DNA from: a virus
DNA length: 55,791 bases
IMG/VR virus record: IMGVR_UViG_3300027861_000003
Span: 1-55,791 of that record
Strand: one strand, 5' to 3'
Shown here: in pieces, positions 28,241 to 35,358 of the stretch
Layout: every line of letters begins with the position of its first letter
Numbering within the stretch: position 1 is the stretch's first letter
Notes under the pieces: model-generated
What the model was told of the DNA's origin: nothing
The model's input: the letters and a program-made list of their open reading frames with translations, nothing else
Database searches by the model: none
Position numbers and translations under genes: made by a program

Positions 28241-28408
28241 CTATTTAGATTAATGGTTTCCAATAGCTTATTTTTAACATAACTATTTTCTTCACTTAGT
28301 TTAATTATTGATTCTATTAAATTTCTATAAGTTGGTCTATTAAAATATCTCATAATCTTATTTTCATTTAATGGTGATAACCTAGCACCTATTTTTTTAG
28401 TCTTCATT
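28241..28408 (-). CDS. small hypothetical protein (55 aa), possible ribbon-helix-helix DNA binder
   Basis: Hand translation MKTKKIGARLSPLNENKIMRYFNRPTYRNLIESIIKLSEENSYVKNKLLETINLNRRK; short basic beta-like segment then two helices. Confidence 0.35.
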
Positions 28409-28420
28409 TTATGTCCTTTT

Positions 28421-28987
28421 TTAATGGGCTATTAATCCAATTTTCTTATTATTTCCAATTGCGTTTAAATCATTATCGCTTGCATTGCTAAAATCAATTG
28501 GTATTTTTTCATTAAAAATCGCAGCAAACCTATGTTTTTTTCTATCGATTTTGTTATCAAAAATGCCACCATAACTATAAATAACCGTAAAATTTTTAGG
28601 AAGTTTTTCACCTTCAAGTAGAGGTACCATTTTAGTGTAAGCATAAAAAATAACATGAGGCAATGCATCCATAACCTTAAACCATTTATGTAAATATTCA
28701 CGACTATAAAAGTCACCGCTATCATGTATCCTTATATGAGAAGCTTGGCTATTTATAATATCCTCTACCATTAAAAGAGAAAAATCATCTTCCTTAGTGG
28801 CTGCCCATCGTCTATGTTGTGCGTTTTTGGCTGTTGACCATAAGTAAAAACCTTTAGCTGCGTAACAAAATTTTTTACACTCACCGGCACCTAAACAAGT
28901 TTCTTTTGCTGGTATCCCAAAATTGAATACTCGGGCCTCTGTGCTTTTTTTCATTTTGCTGTTTTGTGTTATAAATTTAAGTTTCAT
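28421..28987 (-). CDS. Cys-rich hypothetical protein (resembles the phage/plasmid GP88-like family)
   Basis: 188 aa; TCLGAGECKKFCYA...IRIHDSGDF...YTK pattern; assignment from memory, not verified. Confidence 0.35.
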   Translation of the reverse strand: MKLKFITQNSKMKKSTEARVFNFGIPAKETCLGAGECKKFCYAAKGFYLWSTAKNAQHRRWAATKEDDFSLLMVEDIINSQASHIRIHDSGDFYSREYLHKWFKVMDALPHVIFYAYTKMVPLLEGEKLPKNFTVIYSYGGIFDNKIDRKKHRFAAIFNEKIPIDFSNASDNDLNAIGNNKKIGLIAH

Positions 28988-29042
28988 TTTATTTTCTCCT
29001 TTAAAATATAAGGCCGGTTTTTTACGCCGGCCATTGTTTATA

Positions 29043-29870
29043 CTACGCTGCGAGTTTAAGCGCTTCGTTCCATAAAGCTTTGTTTAATTCAATGTTCCTT
29101 TTGAAGTCTTTTACTTCTCTCGTAGTATTACTTTTTAATTTAAAGACAGTTTCACCGTTAGGGCCTAAAATAGGGCTTTTATCCTCATTGAATTGGGCTA
29201 CTTCTTTAGTGTATTGTATACCGCCGCGAATTATTGATTCCTGAACTCGATTGTAAAACGTATAAAGGTCATTAGATGCATCATGGCCGCGCCTAACTTG
29301 ATCAACCGTGGCTAAATTGACTTCACGTAGCCCTTCAATGCCTTGAAGTCTCAAGTCTACCATTTTTCTCATAAAGCTTTTAGCATCTGAAAAACTCACT
29401 TCTTTATTTTGCATAGCTACAATTTGCTCTTTTACTAGTGGTAAATTATGAACAATTTTCTTTAGAGCTTCCTCAAGTTTTAATCTAAAATTTCCAATAT
29501 GAGTTATTCTTTCCTCAAAAATATCCTCACCACTAATTAGGCCGTTTGCACAAACTGCACGATATACGCCGACATTTAATCTTAAACTTTGAGAGGCATC
29601 ATGAGAATTTAGGGCTAAAATTTGTAGCTTATTACCACCGTCAATTAAAAGATCGGGCATAGAAAATACCATGATATGTTTTTGAAAGCCCTGTTTTTCG
29701 GGGTTACGCGTTTTAGCATAACTAATACCGTCAAGCTCAAAACCTTGGTTTTGAAAGTATGAAACGATATTTTCGCTTGAAATGAAACCATATTTAGAGC
29801 TAGTCGAATCGGCCGCTTTAGTTTGAAATACTGGATTTTTTCCATTGTTTGAATTTTGATAAATTTTCAT
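29043..29870 (-). CDS. DUF932-family protein (phage/plasmid/ICE-associated)
   Basis: 275 aa; ...LNSHDASQSLRLNVGVYRAVCANGLISGE... matches the NSHDGS...FR.VC.NGL core typical of DUF932 (YfdQ-like) proteins. Confidence 0.65.
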   Translation of the reverse strand: MKIYQNSNNGKNPVFQTKAADSTSSKYGFISSENIVSYFQNQGFELDGISYAKTRNPEKQGFQKHIMVFSMPDLLIDGGNKLQILALNSHDASQSLRLNVGVYRAVCANGLISGEDIFEERITHIGNFRLKLEEALKKIVHNLPLVKEQIVAMQNKEVSFSDAKSFMRKMVDLRLQGIEGLREVNLATVDQVRRGHDASNDLYTFYNRVQESIIRGGIQYTKEVAQFNEDKSPILGPNGETVFKLKSNTTREVKDFKRNIELNKALWNEALKLAA

Positions 29871-29910
29871 GTTTAATTTCTCCTATTAAGTTTTTACGGT
29901 ATTGTAAAAA

Positions 29911-30378
29911 TTACTTATTTAGTTCAGTTATATCTTTATAAATTGGATTAAAAAGTCTTATGTTGTCGGTGGACTCATAGGCCAAATTAAGGCCTTGAAT
30001 CCAGTCAATATTTTGACCGTCGCTTGATACTTCAATAAAGTTTGCTAGGTGATATTTTAAAACAACTAAACAAGCCGTTACAACAATGTCATATGGTTTA
30101 CGTGCCGTTTTACAAAAATTAAAACCTAAATTTTGCTTAAAATGCTCCCTTAGATTAAAAGCTTCATGTCCTAACTCACCTTTCCCGTTTAAATTAATAC
30201 CGCCGTAATTATTACTATGCGCGGAGTAACCCGATAAACTTAATTCAGTGCCTTTATTTTTATTATAATAGGCAGCTATGATTTTATTACAATCTTTAAT
30301 TGCATTTTGATATGCCCTTTCTACGGTGGCCGTATTTCCGTGACAGTCTAAAAATGTAAAATAGTGAGTGTAGCCCAT
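29911..30378 (-). CDS. hypothetical protein
   Basis: 155 aa; MGYTHYF...FCKTARKPYD motifs; function unknown. Confidence 0.55.
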   Translation of the reverse strand: MGYTHYFTFLDCHGNTATVERAYQNAIKDCNKIIAAYYNKNKGTELSLSGYSAHSNNYGGINLNGKGELGHEAFNLREHFKQNLGFNFCKTARKPYDIVVTACLVVLKYHLANFIEVSSDGQNIDWIQGLNLAYESTDNIRLFNPIYKDITELNK

Positions 30379-30404
30379 AGTTTTTTCTCCCTTGGTGGTT
30401 AGTG

Positions 30405-30605
30405 TTATTTGATTTTTTTGATCTTTTCAATTTGGATAGAATAAAGATTTTTATAAAGATAACATAAAACCTTGTCACCTCTTTTAATATCAATTTTAGG
30501 TACAATATTGATATGAATTTTACCTAGCGCATCAATGATTTTTACCTCAAGTGTTTTATTATTGTAACCTTTTCTTTTTGCCTTTATTGTACCTAGTAAT
30601 TTCAT
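30405..30605 (-). CDS. hypothetical small basic protein (first gene of the island)
   Basis: 66-aa ORF; AAGGGA SD-like upstream. Confidence 0.5.
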   Translation of the reverse strand: MKLLGTIKAKRKGYNNKTLEVKIIDALGKIHINIVPKIDIKRGDKVLCYLYKNLYSIQIEKIKKIK

Positions 30606-30636
30606 AAAATTTCCCTTGGTTTTCTTTCAATGCCTA

Positions 30637-30673
30637 ATTATTGCATTTCCTAGGATAAAATTCAAGTGGATAA
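30637..30673 (-). promoter_or_regulatory. sigma70-like promoter (minus strand) overlapped by a DnaA-box-like 9-mer
   Basis: Minus strand TTGAAT-17 nt-AATAAT; TTATCCACT (8/9 to TTATCCACA) abuts the -35. Confidence 0.3.
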
Positions 30674-30939
30674 CGCTACCCATTAACAATTTTAACAAAA
30701 AAGGTGTATTTTACCTAAAATTACAGCAACTTAAAAGTCTATTTTTAATTAGTCCTATCATGTAAAATGTAATTAGATCAAAATATCTTTATAGGGATAT
30801 TTTTTTGAGCTGTGAAAATTGAAAAGCGTAAGTCTAAATAGGGATCTCCGAAGTTATTGGGATATACGCAGCTATTCAATAAAATATATTTATAACAGGA
30901 TCTCCGAACCTACTAAAATCGGTAAATAATTCTGATTTG

Positions 30940-31440
30940 GTTTTCAGAAACGACTCAATTCCAAAAATGACTCATTTTCAAAAATTTCTCACCAAAAACG
31001 ACTCGTTATTTTTCACAAAAAACGACTCAAAAACGACTTAACATATTGATATCATTGACTCTATGTGCGTTTTTTATGACCTAACCTCTTGAAATCATTC
31101 ACTTTACAAAACCCAACATGCGCTTTTTGGTCTGTAAGTGCCCGAAAGGTGTAATTCTTGTGCGTTTTTAAACCCAAAACGCACACCATTAACCATTGGA
31201 AATCATTCGGTTTGTGTGCTTTTACATGAGTTTTATTATATATATTCTATTCTGAATAAAATAAATAATATAATATAAAATATCTGAGCGACACAGAAAA
31301 AGGGCCAAAAAACGCACAAACTCACATTCCTCAATGATATCATATAGTTAAGGTAGTGCGTTTATTTTGAAAAAGTGCATGTTGAAAAATAACTCAATGA
31401 TTTCAAGAACTTAACCCGGAAAAAAACGCACATAAACAAC
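30940..31440. repeat. Iteron field with dyad organisation around an AT-rich core (replication-origin or master-operator candidate)
   Basis: 5-6 x AAA(A)CGACT(C/T) at 30948-31039; about 9 x TGTGCGTTTTT/AAAAACGCACA and about 5 x TTGA(A/T)ATCATT(C/G) in opposite orientations on either side of an almost pure A/T stretch at 31228-31292. Confidence 0.6.
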
Positions 31441-31510
31441 AATATCAACAACTTAGACCTTAAAGTTGGTAAATCTCCAACTATATTGGTCCTAAGTTGG
31501 TATTAAATCA

Positions 31511-31525
31511 GTGTCAAAGTGACAC
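31511..31525. promoter_or_regulatory. Perfect palindrome GTGTCA-AAG-TGACAC (operator candidate)
   Basis: 6-bp arms, 3-bp spacer, about 55 bp upstream of the TTGACA at 31579; flanked by 2 x AAGTTGGTA (31463, 31494). Confidence 0.4.
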
Positions 31526-31578
31526 CACTTGTACTAAAAAACTATAAGTGTCCGAAATATGGTCGACTAACAAAACTC

Positions 31579-31608
31579 TTGACATAAACACAGTATATAT
31601 GATAAGAT
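31579..31608 (+). promoter_or_regulatory. sigma70-like promoter for the rightward early operon
   Basis: TTGACA (31579-31584), 18-nt spacer, TAAGAT; 25 nt upstream of the first plus-strand gene. Confidence 0.45.
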
Positions 31609-31633
31609 AAAGAATAAAAAAAAGGAATATTAT

Positions 31634-32110
31634 ATGACCAATAAATATTACGTTTATGCACATTTTACCAAAGATTCCAACGAGTGTTTTTATATAGGAT
31701 ACGGAACTAGATATCGATATCGAGATACAATAGGTAGAAATTCAACATGGAAACAAATAGTAAAAAAACATGGTTATGATGCATATATTATAATGGAAGG
31801 ATTTAAAAATAAATACGATGCCATTGAATTCGAGAAACATCTACAACTATTAAATAAACCAAGGGCATGTCAGGTTTATGGAGATGGTATTGATAATAGA
31901 AAGGAAACCACCGAAAAAGTAGAATACAAACCAGTTATCAATTGTCGTGGTGAGATATTTAAATCACTAGACGAGGCTATGTATACTTATAAAATAAATT
32001 ATCGTATAAAACTCAGAAGATGTTGTAGGGGAGAAACTAAACATTGTGGTAAATACACTGATGGTAAGAGGATTAAATGGCAATACTATTTACTTGACAA
32101 CAAAATATAA
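31634..32110 (+). CDS. GIY-YIG homing endonuclease
   Basis: 158 aa; YYVYAH...CFYIGYG...R...N, then a C-terminal ...G.IFKSLDEA...CCRGETKHCGKY...W.Y DNA-binding-type module. Confidence 0.7.
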   Translation: MTNKYYVYAHFTKDSNECFYIGYGTRYRYRDTIGRNSTWKQIVKKHGYDAYIIMEGFKNKYDAIEFEKHLQLLNKPRACQVYGDGIDNRKETTEKVEYKPVINCRGEIFKSLDEAMYTYKINYRIKLRRCCRGETKHCGKYTDGKRIKWQYYLLDNKI

Positions 32111-32145
32111 AATATGTTACAATCAAAATCAACAAGGAGCTAAAC

Positions 32146-32907
32146 ATGAAATATGAGCTAACATCAGAAAGTATAAAATTATTTGGTCGAACATTATATC
32201 GAATCAGATCTCTAAAGAAATTTATGAATGTTGAGATAGGTGACTTAGGTGGATTTATTGAAAAGGTTGAAAATCTAAGTCAGAGTGGTTTATCATGGGT
32301 TTATGGGAACGCACGGGTTTCTGGGAACGCACGGGTTTCTGGGAACGCACAGGTTTATGAGGACGCATATGTTTCTGGGAACGCACAGGTTTCTGGGAAC
32401 GCACAGGTTTATGAGGACGCATATGTTTCTGGGAACGCACAGGTTTCTGGGAACGCACGGGTTTCTGGGAACGCACAGGTTTATGAGGACGCATATGTTT
32501 CTGGGAACGCACAGGTTTATGAGGACGCATATGTTTCTGGGAACGCACAGGTTTATGGGAACGCATGGGTTTATGGGAACGCACGGGTTTCTGGGAACGC
32601 ACGGGTTTCTGGGAACGCACAGGTTTATGAGGACGCATATGTTTCTGGGAACGCATGGGTTTATGGGAACGCACGGGTTTCTGGGGATGCACGGATAGAA
32701 AAACAATCACAATTCATTACTATAACCAATCTCCAGTACAACATAACATTCACGAAAAACCACATCCAGATTGGTTGTCAAATGCTTACAAAGCAACAAT
32801 GGCTACAAGTAGATAAAGTTACAGCAATAGAAATGGGTCTATATCCAGAAAACTATGACACATTCATGTCACTAATAAAAACACTATCGGGAGTAACAAG
32901 TGAATAA
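32146..32907 (+). CDS. hexapeptide-repeat (beta-helix type) protein, paralog 1
   Basis: 253 aa; N-term MKYELT...LYRIR...GDLGGFIEKVENLSQSGLSWV, then about 22 hexads of GNA(Q/R/W)V(S/Y) or EDAYVS. Confidence 0.75.
   Translation: MKYELTSESIKLFGRTLYRIRSLKKFMNVEIGDLGGFIEKVENLSQSGLSWVYGNARVSGNARVSGNAQVYEDAYVSGNAQVSGNAQVYEDAYVSGNAQVSGNARVSGNAQVYEDAYVSGNAQVYEDAYVSGNAQVYGNAWVYGNARVSGNARVSGNAQVYEDAYVSGNAWVYGNARVSGDARIEKQSQFITITNLQYNITFTKNHIQIGCQMLTKQQWLQVDKVTAIEMGLYPENYDTFMSLIKTLSGVTSE
32290..32690. repeat. 18-bp tandem coding repeat (gggaacgcacrggtttmt and variants)
   Basis: Near-perfect DNA-level periodicity; all six frames stay open across it. Confidence 0.9.
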
Positions 32908-33253
32908 TGCAGACATTACACAAAGGGCCTACCAAATGAATTACGAAATGGAAGACCAACCAAGCCACACAGATCCCGAATCGTTGTTGATCGAGGCTGA
33001 GACTGCTAGGTTGGCTGGGGAGGATTTTGAGGGATATCCGCTCAGAAGCTCTGACAGCGGTTTTAAGACACCTTGTAGTGCTAGGGAGGTAGTGACAGCC
33101 ATGTGCCGCCGAAATGCCATTAGAGAGGAAGATAGGCAGCTTAGCGGAGATGTTGGTAAGAAGGAAGAGCTGCGATGGAAGCGCAAGGTAAGGCGTAGAG
33201 CCGAGGTTGTTGGAGAGGAAGTTCCGCGTAAGTTGTGGAGATTTAATAATTAA
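32900..33253 (+). CDS. hypothetical acidic/basic protein in a GC-rich segment between the paralogs
   Basis: 117 aa; GTG start overlapping the upstream stop, stop overlapping the next start (TAATG); visibly higher GC than its surroundings. Confidence 0.45.
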   Translation: MNNADITQRAYQMNYEMEDQPSHTDPESLLIEAETARLAGEDFEGYPLRSSDSGFKTPCSAREVVTAMCRRNAIREEDRQLSGDVGKKEELRWKRKVRRRAEVVGEEVPRKLWRFNN

Positions 33254-33264
33254 TGGAGGGGTTT

Positions 33265-33978
33265 ATGAAATATGAATTGACTAATGAAAAGAAAGTTTTT
33301 TGTGGAAAAGAATTGTATAGAATCAGGTGTGTCCGTAGTTTTGGGAATATCAAGTTAGGTGACTTAGGTGGATTTATTGAAAAGGTTGAAAATTTAAGTC
33401 ATAGTGGTTTATCATGGGTTTCTGGGAACGCACAGGTTTCTGGGAACGCACAGGTTTCTGGGAACGCACGGGTTTATGGGACCGCACGGGTTTATGGGAA
33501 CGCACAGGTTTATGGGAACGCACGGGTTTATGGGACCGCACGGGTTTCTGGGAACGCACAGGTTTATGGGAACGCACGGGTTTATGAGGACGCACGGGTT
33601 TCTGGGAACGCACGGGTTTATGGGAACGCACAGGTTTATGGGAACGCACGGGTTTATGAGCACGCATATGTTTCTGGGACCGCACAGGTTTATGGGAACG
33701 CACGGGTTTATGGGAACGCACTGGTTTATGGGACCACAACATTAAAAACATCAGATATAGAAAAAACAACAGATTATATCTCAATAACAACAAATCCTTA
33801 CGACATAACAATCACAACATGTGAAATTAATGTTGGGTGTCAAAATTTCACACCAGATGTGCTATTGAGGGATATAGAATTCTTTACAGATAGTTTTGAT
33901 ATAGAAGTTGTTGATGTTGAATGTATTAAGGGGTTATGTGAGGTATCTTTGGCCGTGTTATTGACTAGGGTAAGTTAA
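33265..33978 (+). CDS. hexapeptide-repeat (beta-helix type) protein, paralog 2
   Basis: Track ORF 33253 trimmed to the ATG at 33265 (MKYELT..., as in paralog 1; GGAGGGG SD); about 18 hexads of G(N/T)A(Q/R)V(S/Y). Confidence 0.75.
   Translation: MKYELTNEKKVFCGKELYRIRCVRSFGNIKLGDLGGFIEKVENLSHSGLSWVSGNAQVSGNAQVSGNARVYGTARVYGNAQVYGNARVYGTARVSGNAQVYGNARVYEDARVSGNARVYGNAQVYGNARVYEHAYVSGTAQVYGNARVYGNALVYGTTTLKTSDIEKTTDYISITTNPYDITITTCEINVGCQNFTPDVLLRDIEFFTDSFDIEVVDVECIKGLCEVSLAVLLTRVS
33412..33735. repeat. 18-bp tandem coding repeat, second array
   Basis: Same unit as 32290-32690. Confidence 0.9.
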
Positions 33979-34019
33979 TGTTTTTGTTGTAATATTTAAT
34001 TTATCTTGAGAATACCGAA

Positions 34020-34032
34020 TTAAGTCGTTTTT
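34020..34032. promoter_or_regulatory. Inverted copy of the AAAAACGACTTAA iteron
   Basis: TTAAGTCGTTTTT is the exact reverse complement of 31029-31041; lies in the intergenic gap before 34095. Confidence 0.45.
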
Positions 34033-34094
34033 TACAAGTGGTTAGTATTGTTACCTTTTATTTTGCAGAATTGCATATAGGTATAGGAGCAAGG

Positions 34095-34310
34095 ATGATA
34101 AGCCACAAAATTAGAAGGATTGCACGAGAGACACACCGAAGTTATAGGATGGCGAGGGATCGTGTTAGAGTTTTAGCGCCGATTATGAAAGGGAATACCA
34201 GAGAAGAAAAGTTTGACGCGGCATGTGAGGCCATCTTGGAGAAGATAGAGAGACAGCGCACTGTGTTTAGAAATGTTAATTTTGATAATCTTTACAGGGA
34301 CATTATATGA
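34095..34310 (+). CDS. hypothetical basic protein
   Basis: Track ORF 34038 trimmed to the ATG at 34095 (MISHKIRRIARE...) with AGGAGCAAGG upstream. Confidence 0.5.
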   Translation: MISHKIRRIARETHRSYRMARDRVRVLAPIMKGNTREEKFDAACEAILEKIERQRTVFRNVNFDNLYRDII

Positions 34311-34882
34311 GAGTTTTTATTTTATTTTTGGTTTTATTGGTCAGTAGTTGTAATCAGAAATATCGTGAACCAATTGTGCTAAATAGCTTTGTTAGTTCAC
34401 AATCTATGAATCAACTTTATAAAGAAGTTAGTCATAGACATTTAACTTTAAAAATTGATAAAGATATTACTATATATCTAAATAGTAACGGCGGCGATAC
34501 TCAGTCTATGTTGATATTTATTGATAAGTTAAATGAACTTAGAAAAGAAGGTAGAAGATTTACTGGAGTTATTTATGGATTTTGTTATTCAGCTTGCGGT
34601 ACATTATTCGCTGCAATGGATCATAGGTATATGACTAAGGATGCTTTATATATGCAGCATAATAGTAGTTATGGTGTATTTCCTAAACCAGAGGAACTTA
34701 AATTGAAGAAAATTTTAGATATTAGAAGACTTAGATATACAGCCAAATTCTTAAAAAAACCATTAGGTTATGTTTATAATTTCTTTACAGGTGGCGGATA
34801 TTATGTTTCTGACGGTAGAACTATGTATAAAGAAAAATTGATTGACGGTATAGTGCCGCAGCCAATATTTGATAAAATTTAA
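34307..34882 (+). CDS. ClpP/S49-fold serine peptidase-like lipoprotein
   Basis: 191 aa; signal peptide plus lipobox LLVSSC; IYLNSNGGD...GFCYSACG...MQH mirrors the ClpP INSPGG / G.A.S / H motifs. Confidence 0.55.
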   Translation: MRVFILFLVLLVSSCNQKYREPIVLNSFVSSQSMNQLYKEVSHRHLTLKIDKDITIYLNSNGGDTQSMLIFIDKLNELRKEGRRFTGVIYGFCYSACGTLFAAMDHRYMTKDALYMQHNSSYGVFPKPEELKLKKILDIRRLRYTAKFLKKPLGYVYNFFTGGGYYVSDGRTMYKEKLIDGIVPQPIFDKI

Positions 34883-34921
34883 GCCAAAGCAATAACGCAA
34901 AGGCAGAGCAAGGAGATTCAT

Positions 34922-35320
34922 TTGAGTGTAAATGAAAAACTGAGTCAATTAGAGACTAACAAGAACGGTATTACTTATGTGCCCGGCAAGAAGCTGGAAG
35001 AAGGTGATGTTTTTGAGGGCTATCTTGTTGGTAAACACATGGATCAGGATAATCCTGATAAGATTAGCACACTGGTATTTCAGGACGAAAACCAATCGTT
35101 GTTTGGATTAAATGCAAATTTTGTATTCATCCAAGGAATCAACGCCGAAGGTGCGGCTAAGTTTGACCAACTTAAAGTTACCTATGGTGGTAAGAAAAAA
35201 ACCGCAGGGTTAAAGAATGCGGCCCATCAGTGGACCGTAGAAAAGGGTACTAAGCGTATCACTGAGGGCGAATCTGCCTATGGTGTTGGCGGTGGACCTC
35301 AGACTGTCGTAGGTCTGTAA
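34922..35320 (+). CDS. hypothetical protein
   Basis: 132 aa; TTG start 7 nt after AAGGAG; followed by a strong terminator. Confidence 0.5.
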   Translation: MSVNEKLSQLETNKNGITYVPGKKLEEGDVFEGYLVGKHMDQDNPDKISTLVFQDENQSLFGLNANFVFIQGINAEGAAKFDQLKVTYGGKKKTAGLKNAAHQWTVEKGTKRITEGESAYGVGGGPQTVVGL

Positions 35321-35356
35321 GATTTGGGGAGCGCAATGCTCCCTAATCTTTTTATT
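35319..35356 (+). terminator. Rho-independent terminator
   Basis: aagattt-GGGGAGCG-caa-TGCTCCC-taatctt long hairpin followed by TTTTTATT. Confidence 0.75.
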
Positions 35357-35358
35357 AT

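Noticed and set aside
28465-30505. Overlapping same-strand ORFs in the AT-rich island (28465-28725, 29645-29845, 30296-30505)
   Set aside because: They lie in alternative frames inside longer ORFs that have recognisable motifs, and they have no SD. Their products are Ile/Phe/Lys/Leu-rich low-complexity, as expected of AT-rich off-frames.
32255-32710. Alternative-frame and antisense ORFs across the first hexapeptide repeat (32255-32710, 32285-32698, 32293-32706)
   Set aside because: The GC-rich 18-bp repeat lacks stop codons in all six frames. Only the 32146-32907 frame has an SD, non-repetitive termini and a paralog.
32290-33735. Diversity-generating retroelement (template/variable repeat pair) suggested by A-to-G and A-to-C differences between repeat units
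   Set aside because: No reverse transcriptase-like ORF (no YxDD motif) exists anywhere in the 55.7-kb genome. The variation lies between tandem units within each gene rather than between one template copy and one target copy.
33374-33811. Alternative-frame and antisense ORFs across the second hexapeptide repeat (33374-33811, 33404-33745, 33412-33663)
   Set aside because: Same reason as for the first array.
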